From NCBI GenBank assembly GCA_001600695.1, contig BCKQ01000004.1:783931-847930 (forward strand): DNA of 64,000 nt, in the 5' to 3' direction. The position numbers and the translations under genes are program-made. Positions 22,194 to 33,471 of this stretch are shown here, one piece after another. This DNA comes from Ascoidea asiatica JCM 7603 (taxonomy: Eukaryota > Fungi > Ascomycota). Each line of letters begins with the position of its first letter. Position 1 is the stretch's first letter. The notes under the pieces are model-generated. The model saw only the letters and a list, made by a program, of their open reading frames with translations, did no database searches and was not told where the DNA came from.

Positions 22194-23097
22194 TGGTGGC
22201 GCCACCAGTGCCACTCAAGCTTCAAATGTTTTCAATATAATCAATAATCTAGGAGTTTCTACTTTTGATGCAAGTGGTAAAAAGGTTACAGTTAAAGGTT
22301 TTAATGTAAAGATTAATTTTGAAAAATTAATTGGTGTTTTAAATATTCAAGCTGGTTATGTCGCTTGGTTAAGTAATTTTACAAATATAATTACTATGTT
22401 AGATTTAGGTGGTGTTCGCGATCCAGCTGTCCCTGACGAAAATATTTCTGCTTATAATAGTACTTATGTTAATCATATTTTGAACCTAGTTGTTGGTGAT
22501 AAGTATAAAATCTTTATAAAGATTGGAAATACTGCCCGTGAAAATTTGAAATCATTCGATTCAATTATTGGAACTGTTAGGCATCAATCACAGTCACATT
22601 CAATATTATCAAAGATTGAATGGGGTGGTGAAACCTCTGTTGAAGACCTATTAAGAAAATTTAATGGTAATGTTCAGGAATATGAGAGAGGTTATGGTAA
22701 AATGGATGAATCCTTGGTTGTTAACTATATTTTAAATGGTTTGAGAGGTCCTTTCAAACAAGTTGAAACAACCTTTCTTACTTTGGATAAAGTTCCAACA
22801 TTAGGTGAATTAATCAATACTTTGGAGAATATTGCTGCAGTTAGTGGTAAATCCAGTATGCATTCTATTTCTTCCATTCAGTTTAGAACAGATAAGAAGA
22901 AAGGCAAAGGTGGTAATAAGAAACCCAAAAAGAATATTACCTGTTTATATTGCAAAAAGAAAGGTCATGTTAAAAAGGACTATTTTAAACTAAAGAAAGA
23001 CAAGTCTGTTGGTTATCAAAGCGATGATGATTCTGGTATGGTAAATGCCTTATTGGATAATGCGAGGCCTAGCCAAATTGAACAGTCTAACTATTAG
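22171..23097 (+). CDS. Retrotransposon Gag (open; zinc knuckle with last Cys changed to Tyr)
   Basis: Starts inside the 5' LTR as Ty1 gag does; ILNGLRGPF; CLYCKKKGHVKKDY is CX2CX4HX4(C>Y). Confidence 0.85.
   Translation: MMSQESQNGGATSATQASNVFNIINNLGVSTFDASGKKVTVKGFNVKINFEKLIGVLNIQAGYVAWLSNFTNIITMLDLGGVRDPAVPDENISAYNSTYVNHILNLVVGDKYKIFIKIGNTARENLKSFDSIIGTVRHQSQSHSILSKIEWGGETSVEDLLRKFNGNVQEYERGYGKMDESLVVNYILNGLRGPFKQVETTFLTLDKVPTLGELINTLENIAAVSGKSSMHSISSIQFRTDKKKGKGGNKKPKKNITCLYCKKKGHVKKDYFKLKKDKSVGYQSDDDSGMVNALLDNARPSQIEQSNY
22194..22207 (+). other. Primer-binding site, initiator tRNA-Met type
   Basis: TGGTGGCGCC directly after the LTR, one base off the Ty1 PBS TGGTAGCGCC. Confidence 0.8.
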
Positions 23098-26000
23098 TTT
23101 AGTTAACGTTAATAACACTCATTTGTCTGACAAAGTTATGTTAGATTCTGGTGCAAATTTTTGTGTTACAGATGACTTGGAAGTTATGCATAACTATGAA
23201 GTCTTTAAAGATTCCAACCTTAGATGAGAAGGTGTTGGAGGTAACCAGTTTAATGTTCAAGGTAAAGGAAAATTGATTCAAAGATTAAGAAATCAATTGA
23301 AAGAACTTGATGTTATATATGTTCCTAATATTAGAAAAACTATTTTATCAGTTGGTGTTATGAAAGAAGCTAATATTCATCCAAATTTCAATTCTCAAAT
23401 AATTGAATATAAAAGTAATAAAATTAAATTTCTTTTTATTGATAAAATTCCATACTTTGATAAAAAGTATTTAGTGAAGAACTATAAAAGTATTAATACA
23501 ATAAAAGCTAAAGGTGCTACATTACATGAAAGATTCGGACATATGTCCACTGCAAAATTAAAACAAGCTATAAAATGTGGTGCTATAACAATTGAAAATG
23601 ATATTGAAATAAGTGATTCAGCTAATTGTGATAGCTGTAAAAGAGGAAAATTATCTAAAGTTGCTAATAGATCAAGATCTCAGTATATTCAAAAGTTAAA
23701 ACCATTTGAAATTGTTGAAATGGATTTGATTTGTCCTATTAAGTTTGAACCAAAATTTCTAATGGTACTTAGGGATAAATATACTAGTTTTACAACTACT
23801 TATTTTCTTAAATCAAAAATTGAAGTATTGAATAAAATAATTGAATTCAAAGAGTTTGTCGAAAGACAATTTGACTCAAAAATTAAACAGTTATTTTCTG
23901 ATAATGGTACTGAATTCAAAAACAATGGTGTTTTACAATTCTGTAAGAAATTTGGTATTACACCTATGTACACTTCTACTTATTCAAGGCGTGAAAATGG
24001 TAGTATTGAGAGAACTAATAGATCCTTATTAAGTATTGCTAGAACCTTAATGGTTGATGGTTCATAACCTAATAATTTCTTTTAATTCTGTTTAGAAATT
24101 GTAACAAGAATGGTTAATAATATGTATAAGCCATTAACAAAAGATACACCATATCATTATGTTACTAAGAAAGTACTTGATGGTACTAAGATTATTCCTT
24201 TAGGTTCTAAAGTTTATGTTAAATTACTTCCTGTTGAGTCAAAAGTAGCAGAAAAAGCAATTGCTGGAGTTTATTTAATGACTTCAAAGAATTCATATGG
24301 TCATATTGTTTATATTCCTTCAAAGGATAAAATCATTGATACAAGACATATTTATCCCACAAATGAAAGATATTATAGTGAGAGAAATTATAATACAGAT
24401 ATGATTTATGATATTATTTTAAATAATGATGAAACTTATGAATATCAAGAAGATTCAGAAGTTATAATTGAGAATGAAAATACTATTATTAAAGATAAAA
24501 ACATTGTATCCTCGGATGTCAATGATAATACTGTAGCTGTAGAAAGAAGTGAATCTACTACAGATGGTGCAGTTACTGACATGGTTAAAGAACCTAATAA
24601 AAGTGTTGGTAGTGATATTGTTGAAATATCCTCGGATAATTATGATGAAAATCAAAATTCTCTCCAAAGATTAATCACAGAAGATGAGGAGGGTCCTTCC
24701 TTAGATGATCAAAATTGCACAGACAAGGACATGGAGATGAAGGATAGAATGAACCTTAAAAGGCTATTAAATGATATTGGAGATGAAAATATTCATTCGG
24801 AAAAGAAAGCAAGAGTTTTCTTTTTAGAAGCAAGTCCTAGGCTTATTAATTACCTTGTGATCAATGGAATAAATGTTAATGATAATAAAGTACCTAAAAA
24901 TATCAATGATGCTTTTAAATTAGGATTTGCAGATGCAATTAATCAAGAATTAGAAAATCACAAATCTAATGGTACATTTAATATTCTAAAACCTGCAGAT
25001 ATTACTACAACAATTATAAAGAATGCAATTCCATTTTTATTGGTATTCACTTATAAACAATCTGCTGATAATAAATTAACTAGAAAGGCAAGATTAGTTG
25101 TTTCTGGTGATAAAGAAAGTGATAGTGATACATATGGTAGTACTGTATTGGAAGATCAGGTTTTCAAATTAATGATTTGTATTGGGGTTAAAAATAATCT
25201 CAAGTTTTCATCTATTTACTTTTCTGCTGCATTTTTAAATTCTCCTTTAGGTTATAATCTATATGGTAGATTGGAGTTAAATGATGGTATCAATTATGTA
25301 TAAATTAACAAAGCAGTTTATGCATTAAGAAGCTCAAATTATTCATGGTATTCTTTTTTAGATAAGTTGATAATTGAGTTAGGTTTCAAGAAAACTATCT
25401 ATACTGACAATTTTTAATTCTATAAGAAAGGAAAGGTAGTTGAATGCATTATTTTGGTTTATGTTGATGATCTTACTGTTCTTCACTTAAATAAAGATGT
25501 TTTTGATAGATTAAAGAAAAACATTTGTCAAAAATTTAAGATTACTTATCAATTTCAACCTGAAATAGTCAAACATGTTGGTTATAAGATTTATCAGAAT
25601 GTGGATAAAGGATCTATTGGGTTACATTAAAGCCATTTGATTGAGAAATACTATGAATCAGTGAAAAATAAAACACAAACATTTAAGGATTTTCATCCAT
25701 CTAACCTTAAGCTAATTGAAAAGTTTAATCCTGATATGTTTCCAATAAAGCTAACAGCTAATGAATTAAAACAAAAAGTTAAAGATTTTAGAAAAATTGT
25801 TGGTCAATTAATCTATTTAGCTGGTCATTCCAGACCTGATATTTTATTTCATGTTCAATGTTTAGCAAGGTTTGTTTATTTTCGTCATAAAATTTTATTT
25901 GGGTTCTGTTATCAATTATTACACTATTTAAATGATACAAGATATTTATCATTACAATTTAAAAATAATAAAAGTTCAATTAAATATAAATTGAATTTAT

Positions 26001-26467
26001 ATTCTGATGCATCTTTTGGAAATCCTTATTTACAGTTTTGATCTATGCTAGGTTATTGTATTTATTTAAAGGATACATTAATATTTTAGAAAATCAAAGC
26101 TTCACCAATGGTATGTGAAAGTACTTCAGAAGCTGATCTTTCTGCAATTGATCATGGTGCAAATGAATGTTTGTTTATTCAAGGTATTCTTCAAATTATT
26201 GTTGGTGATTCCTACAAATTACCTGTTGTTACATGTGATTCTGATAATCAAGGTGCAATTAATATTGTCAAAAATTCTTTTATGTCAGGAAAAGCAAGGC
26301 ACCTCAACATTAAAGAAGCTTATATGAAAGAGCATTTCAAAAATAAAAAAGTCTGGTTAAATTGGAATTCTACTGAACACTTAATGGCGGACATATTTAC
26401 CAAGGTTCTACAGAATATAATTTTTGAAAAACATAAAAATAAATTTTTAACATATAAAACATTTTAA
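23066..26467 (+). pseudogene. Retrotransposon Pol (PR-IN-RT-RNase H) with 8 in-frame stops
   Basis: LDSGA protease; HERFGH..CDSC, MDL..SDNGTEF..ENGSIER integrase; KARLV and YVDD (25460-25471) RT; YSDASF, STSEA and ADIFTK RNase H. All in one frame, +1 to gag. Stops at 23225, 24065, 24083, 25301, 25415, 25628, 26039, 26087. Confidence 0.93.
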
Positions 26468-26497
26468 TTATAATAAAAATAATTTGGTTTTATTATC

Positions 26498-26504
26498 AGG
26501 AGGG
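26498..26504 (+). other. Polypurine tract
   Basis: AGGAGGG directly before the 3' LTR. Confidence 0.75.
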
Positions 26505-27433
26505 TTTTCAAATTTTTTCACTTATTTTACTTTTTCTTTTTATGCTTTTACAGGCAATTATTATTTCTTTATTTTTGTTTCTTTTAAGTTTAATTCAAAT
26601 ATGTTTCAACTATGACACGTGACTTATTTTTTTATATTGAATGTTGGATGTTGAATATATGTGTTGTCAGTTGTTGTCAGTTCTTGTTGCTCGTTGTCAC
26701 TCGTTGTCAAAAATATTTGAGTTAACCTTTTTCTTATTTTATTTTCTTTTCCTTCAATCACAAATATTACTAAAATTACTTCAACTAAAAATGGATCCTC
26801 CACCTTCTTATTTTCAAGCAACAGATGTTGCATTTGCCTTTAATCCCTCACTGCTTGGTAGCCAATTGAAAGAATCAATTAGAAAAAAAGCATGAATTCC
26901 AAAACGTAAAATAAAAAGTAACAATAATTTACCAGTTCAAATGAAAAAGGAAATTAAACAATTTCTTTTTACAAGGTTGTGAAAAACCATAGTCCTATCA
27001 AAAATATGACTCAACAAACGTGAAATTGATTAACAACTATTAAGGAATAATCCGATTGGTTTATCCTTTAAAAACTGGGCTTGGCTGTTAGAGAGTTATA
27101 ATGTTAATTATAGTTCTGAATATTTACCCCGTTGGTTCAGAGGTACTAAAAATAAAAAGAGAAAGTTAAGACTAATTGACATTTCAAGTGATGCAGAAGA
27201 TTAATTGTCCAATGTACACGAAACTATATAAATATGTCTGTTTTTATCTACAATTTGTTTTTGATTTTATATAGCTTTTAAAATTATTGAGTTTTATATT
27301 TACTATTTTACATATAGTAATACATATTTATTATTAATCTATTTATAATATTGACTTCATTTTTTGATTATCTGTGATAATTTTTAAACTAAAACAACTT
27401 AATTTATTCCATGATGTCTCAAGAATCCCAACA
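26505..27433 (+). repeat. 3' LTR (~929 bp)
   Basis: Direct repeat of 21262-22193; ends CCCAACA and is followed by the TSD ATTAT. Confidence 0.92.
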
Positions 27434-27722
27434 ATTATCAATATACTATTTTAAATATCTCAAACCCCAATTCTGCTTTAAAGATTTTTTTTCTTTTGCC
27501 AAGCTCAAATTTTATTCAGAGAATCGGACTTGGCAAATTGTGTACCGGGAAAATGGCGACGCTTTTTTTGTTAAATAAATTTATTTAACCGTTGCACCCG
27601 TGACTATTTTCAAATTTTAATTTTTTTTTTCAAGGACTCAATATTTCAATTACTTTTTAGGAAACTAATTTCAATCGCAGATGAAGATTGAAGAATAAAG
27701 AACTTGTAAAACTACAGCAAAA

Positions 27723-28958
27723 ATGTCTTCCGAAAAACAAGTTGAAAAGGTATGGTTCAAATTTCTATTTATTTACTTTCTCGAAGTTTTTTTGATAATG
27801 ATAACTTACAGTTCCAACAATAAAGAAATACTAACAATTTATGGCTTTTAACAGACTCAAAGCAAACCTGATCAAAATAAAAAAGTACCCAAGACTGTTA
27901 ACTCAATCATTTGTATACCTTCAACAATAATATCTCATGGAAATGCAAAGTCTTTGAAAGAAGTCACAGAAATAGCTTATCAAGTGGCAAAAAATTGTAG
28001 TTTATACAATATCAGTGAAATTGTGATATTGGAAATATCCGATAAAGAAACTGCTACTGCTAATATTGTCAAAGAGGGAAATAAAACAAAATTCAACTTA
28101 GAAGATACCGTAATGAAACCAGTTGAAGAAAAAGTAACGGCTATAAATTCAACTTCTGAAGTTATATTTTTTGCTTCCCTTTTACAATTTTTCGTCACTC
28201 CTTCATATCTTGTTAAATCGGTATTCAAAAAAGAATTTATTAAGTACTTCAAATATGCTAGAACTTATCCAGCATTATCTAGTTTGCCATTTATGAATAA
28301 TAAAATTTGTGAAAGTGGAATTTATAGAGAAGGTATAACATTACCTGCAAAATCTTCAAAAAACAAAGCTCAAAAACGAGTGCATAAACCGGGAGAAAAA
28401 GTAAAAAGGCAGAAAAAAGGAAAGGCTGCTTTAAATACAAAGTATGTTAATATTGGTAAAGAAGAAGTTTTGGAATTAAGTGAACAAGAAGTTCCTTCAA
28501 AAGTCAGAGTTACTGTCAATACTGAAACTCGTCAAATAGTTTCTCCTTTAGAAGCTTATGGCCCAGATTCTGTTGGATCAAATATTTCATTCGGTTACAA
28601 TGTTAGAATCGCTAAGAATTTTATCTCATTATTCACAGAATCTCCTTTTCCAGATGGTTATACTGCATCAATTTTTGTATCTGCTGGGGATTATTTTTCT
28701 CAGTTATCAACTGCTTCAAAATTAAAGGATATCCCTCCAATTAAATTAGCACTTGAGAAAGAAGAATTAAACTTATTATTAGTTCTTGGGAAATTATCTG
28801 ACTACAATACATCCTTTCTTTCTTCCAAAGATCTTTTAACTGAAGTCAATAGTGCATCAGAAATGTTTGATGGAGAGCTTTCAATACCAAAAAATACAAG
28901 AATAGAAGATGCAATTCTTATTTCATTAACAAAGATAGATTGCCTAGTTAATTGCTAA
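27723..28958 (+). CDS. SPOUT-family methyltransferase (YMR310C/YGR283C, C9orf114-like); exons 27723-27749 and 27855-28958
   Basis: Intron 27750-27854 with GTATGG, TACTAAC (27829-27835) and CAG; splicing is in frame. Motifs ICIPSTII..AYQVAK..LYNISEIV, LLQFFVTPSYL, YREGIT, FGYNVR, RIEDAILISL. Confidence 0.85.
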
Positions 28959-29111
28959 TTATTTAATTTCAATCCATATGTCTTAGAGGTTTTATTTTTC
29001 TTTTTTTTATCAAAAAATTAAATATTGAAGATTCTATAGTTTTATGTCATTATTTATTATTAATATCATAGTAATGCTGAAAGTTTATTTATAAATACAT
29101 AAATAGATTAA

Positions 29112-31310
29112 TTATTTTTGAGCTTCCTTAGCTCTTTCCTTTTCTTTTTTTCGTAGGGATCCAATCTTTTTAATTAAGTTTTTACGAGCTTCCTCTTCTT
29201 CATCATCACTTTCTTCAAATGATTCTTCTTTTTCAATTCCAACTTCTAAATCACTTATTCCATCATCTGATTCATCTGCCTCAAGTTGTAAGAAATTTGG
29301 AGAGGTTTCTTCTTCTTCATCTTCTGACATTTCAATATAATCATCTCCTTCCATGTCAATATCAGATAGATCTGAAAAATTATTTTCATCTATATCTGCT
29401 TCCGATAAATAATCATTTTCACCATCATCCATTAAATCTGCATCGTCTAATTCTTCATTATACTCAACGTCAGATTCATCATCATCTAAATCATTTTGAT
29501 TCAATTTATCTACATAGCGTCTGGAAATAGCCCTTTTTAAGTCAGTTTGTTCAAATAATACACCCAATTTGGAACGTAAGAGTATAAGTTTATTTAAATT
29601 CTTTGATTTTCTTAGCAACATGAAATTCAATTGAGATAAATCTTTAACTAAAGAACTATTAGCAGATGAATTCATTTTTATTAAATAACTACCATGAATT
29701 ATTAATACCCATTTAATCCAAATGATAGAAAATTTTGATTTTAATAGAGATGCACTAGATATTCTTGCAAGTTTCTCAGCAAGTTTATTTAATAAAATAA
29801 CAATTAATGAAGAATTTAATCTTAAAACAGTTGCTTTTATAATATCCTCATCGAAAGTATTTAAAACAGATTTTAAAAGACTATGATCATTTGTTTTTAA
29901 AGCCTGAGATAATACAACTGCAAGAGAACCAGTTGTTGCCTTTGTTGTCTTTTTATTTGATTCTTCACTTTCTTTGTCTAGGTCTAATTGTTTTAGCTTT
30001 TCTTCAAGAGTTTGATCTTCTTCATAACCTATATCTAAGTCATGTAAATTATCACCACTTGATACATGAACATCATGCTCTTTATACAATCTTGCAGCAG
30101 CAACATCTTGACTTTGAAAATTTACTTGACTAGATTCTCTTTGATAAATCGAGGCCTTTGCTTTAGTTATAATAATATCGCCAGAAATAATTGTTTTTGT
30201 TTCTTTATCTATTAAAAATTCCGTATCAAAATAGCACACAGAAGCATTCTCTACCCAGGAATATAATAGTTGTTTTTCATTAGTTATCATAGCATTGAGA
30301 AATCTTAATGGATTTTCTTTAATTTTTGCCTCATTTTCAGGTCTTGTAATTCTGATCCTAGTTAAAGAAGTTTTTGATTTATTATTTTTATTACGATTTC
30401 TTCTTCCATTAGTGCTTGACATAAGTATTTGACTTGAGTCTAAGATTTCATCATTAAAAATGTTATCAAAAATTTCTATTATGCCATGTTCTGTAATTGC
30501 AATTAATGCATTGAAATCATTAAAAGTAGCATAAAATATTGAAAGAACATTAGATTGAGTGACAAATATTTTTTTGATGGAATTATTAGTTAATGAATAA
30601 AGATTAATAAACCGGTCATTATCCGCAGCAGTTAATACAAAGTCTTCATTTATGTTTGAAATAAGCTGAATTGAATTAATTTTATTAATATGATTTGAAA
30701 ATTGTAGAATTGGTACTCTTTCTGGAATTGTTAAATCTAATAAATATACAGTATTTGAAGCTATTAATAAATGAGGTTTATTATTATGTTCAATTCTTTG
30801 AATTTTACTTATCTCAATATTTTCGTTCAAATTATTGAAAGGAAAACTAGAAGAAATTTGAAATGATGATAAATCAAATTCAGTAACATAACCTGATATA
30901 TCAATAACCCATAACGAGTTAGTTAATTTTGAATAATGACAAGAAGTTATTGAGGAACCAGATTTATTTGATAATGAGGCAATAATTTGGTTTTGAAGAG
31001 GTGAATAAATTATTATTGAACCATTATCTAAACCTATAAATAACACTTGATTATCTGCATTATTTGGATCTTCTATTTTTTTTTTTTTAGATTTTATAGA
31101 TGAACTCAATATATTAGACTGTAAATGGCCCCAAGAAAAACATTGATATTTAAGGCCTTTTTCCAAAGGAAAAGTATTATTGATTGAAGAAAGACTAGTT
31201 AAACTTGTAGATTGAACATGAATATTATGACTATCTAAAGCAACTACTGCACTAGCTAATTGAGTTCCATCTTGATTAAATAATGAACCTATAATTGGAG
31301 ACTCTGACAT
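29112..31310 (-). CDS. UTP5: SSU processome t-UTP subunit (WDR43)
   Basis: WD40 N-terminus (DRFINLY), GSLAVVLSQALKTNDHSLL Utp12/Dip2 domain, WIKWVLIIHG, acidic tail. Confidence 0.88.
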   Translation of the reverse strand: MSESPIIGSLFNQDGTQLASAVVALDSHNIHVQSTSLTSLSSINNTFPLEKGLKYQCFSWGHLQSNILSSSIKSKKKKIEDPNNADNQVLFIGLDNGSIIIYSPLQNQIIASLSNKSGSSITSCHYSKLTNSLWVIDISGYVTEFDLSSFQISSSFPFNNLNENIEISKIQRIEHNNKPHLLIASNTVYLLDLTIPERVPILQFSNHINKINSIQLISNINEDFVLTAADNDRFINLYSLTNNSIKKIFVTQSNVLSIFYATFNDFNALIAITEHGIIEIFDNIFNDEILDSSQILMSSTNGRRNRNKNNKSKTSLTRIRITRPENEAKIKENPLRFLNAMITNEKQLLYSWVENASVCYFDTEFLIDKETKTIISGDIIITKAKASIYQRESSQVNFQSQDVAAARLYKEHDVHVSSGDNLHDLDIGYEEDQTLEEKLKQLDLDKESEESNKKTTKATTGSLAVVLSQALKTNDHSLLKSVLNTFDEDIIKATVLRLNSSLIVILLNKLAEKLARISSASLLKSKFSIIWIKWVLIIHGSYLIKMNSSANSSLVKDLSQLNFMLLRKSKNLNKLILLRSKLGVLFEQTDLKRAISRRYVDKLNQNDLDDDESDVEYNEELDDADLMDDGENDYLSEADIDENNFSDLSDIDMEGDDYIEMSEDEEEETSPNFLQLEADESDDGISDLEVGIEKEESFEESDDEEEEARKNLIKKIGSLRKKEKERAKEAQK

Positions 31311-31741
31311 TTTTAGAAACTTTTAATCAATACTCAACAACTGATTTCTTACAATCTTTCCTTCTCCAGTGAACTAGAGTCTAGAATGGGTTACTTTTTT
31401 TTATAATTCAATCTATTGTATTTTAAATTTCATCAATTTTGAAGTTTTCATTCAACAAATTAATCTAAGTTTTTTCTTTGGGTAACGAAAAAAAAAATTT
31501 CAAATTTCAAAATTTCAAAAAAAAAAAATCTCAAACTTTTGCCGCACGCAAATAGATGCATTCTGGTGTGGTAAGAACAGTCTTTTACAGCCAATTGATT
31601 TTTAATATATCCGGTATAAAAACGTGATTTAATTCCGGTAAACATATTTTTAATGTTAGTGAGTTGAGCGGTTAGTTCTTAGAGCTGTCTGGGTTTCTTA
31701 ATGATTTGAAAGATGGAAATCTGAAGAGTATGGATTAAGCA

Positions 31742-31749
31742 TTGCCACC
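31742..31749 (-). promoter_or_regulatory. Rpn4/PACE-like element
   Basis: TTGCCACC (GGTGGCAA on minus strand) about 95 bp upstream of a proteasome gene. Confidence 0.7.
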
Positions 31750-31841
31750 ATAAAATTAAGAAGATAATCATCCACTTTACAGAATTATAAATAATTTTGG
31801 AAATCAATAGAAAAATAAAATTAATATATCCAATTCTAATA

Positions 31842-32791
31842 ATGTTTTTAACTAGAAGTGAATATGATCGTGGTGTCAGTACGTTTTCCCCAGAGGGACG
31901 TCTATTCCAAGTCGAATATTCTTTAGAAGCTATCAAAGTATGTCAAAGATTTAATTTTTTTTTGAAATTTGTGATTTAATTCAATTCATTTTAAGGTATT
32001 GTTTTATAATCTATTTATTTAATCTCATTTCTTTTATTCATTTTTTGAATTTAGCTGATTGTTGAGGTTTAACTGAGATTAGAATACTAATATGTGTTTA
32101 TTTTTTTTTGAATTTTTTTTAGCTTGGTTCAACAGCAATTGGAATTGCTACTTCTGAAGGTGTAATATTAGGTGTAGAAAAAAGAGTAACATCATCACTT
32201 TTAGAATCTTCATCAATTGAAAAAATTGTTGAAATTGATAAACATATAGGTTGTGCAATGTCTGGATTAACAGCTGATGCAAGATCCATGATTGATCATG
32301 CCAGAGTTTCATCAGTAAATCATTCATTATATTATGATGAACCAGTTCAAGTTGAAACTTTAACACAATCAGTATGTGATTTAGCATTAAGATTTGGAGA
32401 AGGTGTTGATGGTGAAGAAAGATTGATGTCAAGACCATTTGGTGTTGCTCTACTTATTGCAGGTATTGATGAAACACATGGACCACAATTATTTCATGCA
32501 GAACCTTCTGGAACATTTTATAGGTATGATGCCAAAGCAATTGGTGCAGGTAGTGAAGGTGCACAAGCTGAGTTAAATAATGAATATCATAAATCATTAA
32601 CTTTAAAAGATGCAGAATTATTGGTTTTAAAAATATTAAAACAAGTAATGGAAGAGAAATTAGATAGTAATAATGCACAGTTGGCTAGTGTAACCAAAGA
32701 AAGTGGTTTTATAATTTATAGTGATGAAGAAACTGGAGAAATTATCAAAGAATTGAAAGAAAAAGAAACAGAAACCGAAGCAGAAACATAA
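31842..32791 (+). CDS. PUP2: 20S proteasome subunit alpha-5; exons 31842-31937 and 32123-32791
   Basis: [32 protein letters not shown]|LGSTAIGI; intron 31938-32122 with GTATGT, TACTAAT and TAG; [10 protein letters not shown]. Confidence 0.96.
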
Positions 32792-33471
32792 GCTTCATCC
32801 TTTATATAAAGAAGACTACATATAGTTTTTGAGTAATTTATACAATAATTATTTTTTCAAATTTTGGTGTACGAAAAAATGAAAATTGATTTTTTCCTAT
32901 ACTGTAGTTTTTCTTTTCCAATAACTAAAACCTATTTCCTTCAAGTCAGTTAATTGTGAAATATTAATTGAGATTTGATATTAATGTTAAACTGTATGTA
33001 GCACTACTGGAGTTTTTTTTTTTTCAGTGTTAGTGGTGATCGTTCCACTACTAATTCCTTTATTGTACCCTCAGCCATCGCATACTGAAAAAACTCACAA
33101 TGAGACCCCTAAGCGTAGCGGCCGCAGAGAAAGGTTGAATCCATAAGTTTAACTTTTCTTGAAGTATTTCTCGTCCATTTTAAAAGCTTAAACCTATGAT
33201 CTTACAATAATAATCCATCTATTAATGATCAATAATCAATAATTAATCACCAATTGCTAATTAATCATTGGTAACTTATCTCAGACAAATCATCAATTTC
33301 TCAAGATCCACTTCCTTTTATAAGTTATACAATATTTGAGAAATACAGACTTTAGTTTTTATTCAATACTTTCGAAGGATTTTACATCGCCACTTAATTA
33401 ATTGAAGCAGCTGATTTGAGTATTTTTGTTATTGTCTTTCTTGATAATATATCTTCAGAAAGAAAGATACA

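Larger units (their letters stand above)
21262..27433 (+). mobile_element. Full-length but inactive Ty1/copia LTR retrotransposon
   Basis: Two direct LTRs; ATTAT target-site duplication (21257-21261 and 27434-27438); outer termini TG...CA; PBS and PPT; gag-PR-IN-RT-RH order. Confidence 0.95.

Noticed and set aside
23066-26467. Stop-codon reassignment or RIP as the cause of the in-frame pol stops
   Set aside because: All three stop types occur, host genes end normally in TAA/TAG/TGA, conserved residues are also hit by transversions, and RIP is not known in budding yeasts.
27423-27439. GAATCCCAACAATTATC resembles, from memory, the start of S. cerevisiae Ty1 gag
   Set aside because: The match runs through the TSD into host DNA and the 5' LTR does not continue this way. 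Treated as coincidence.
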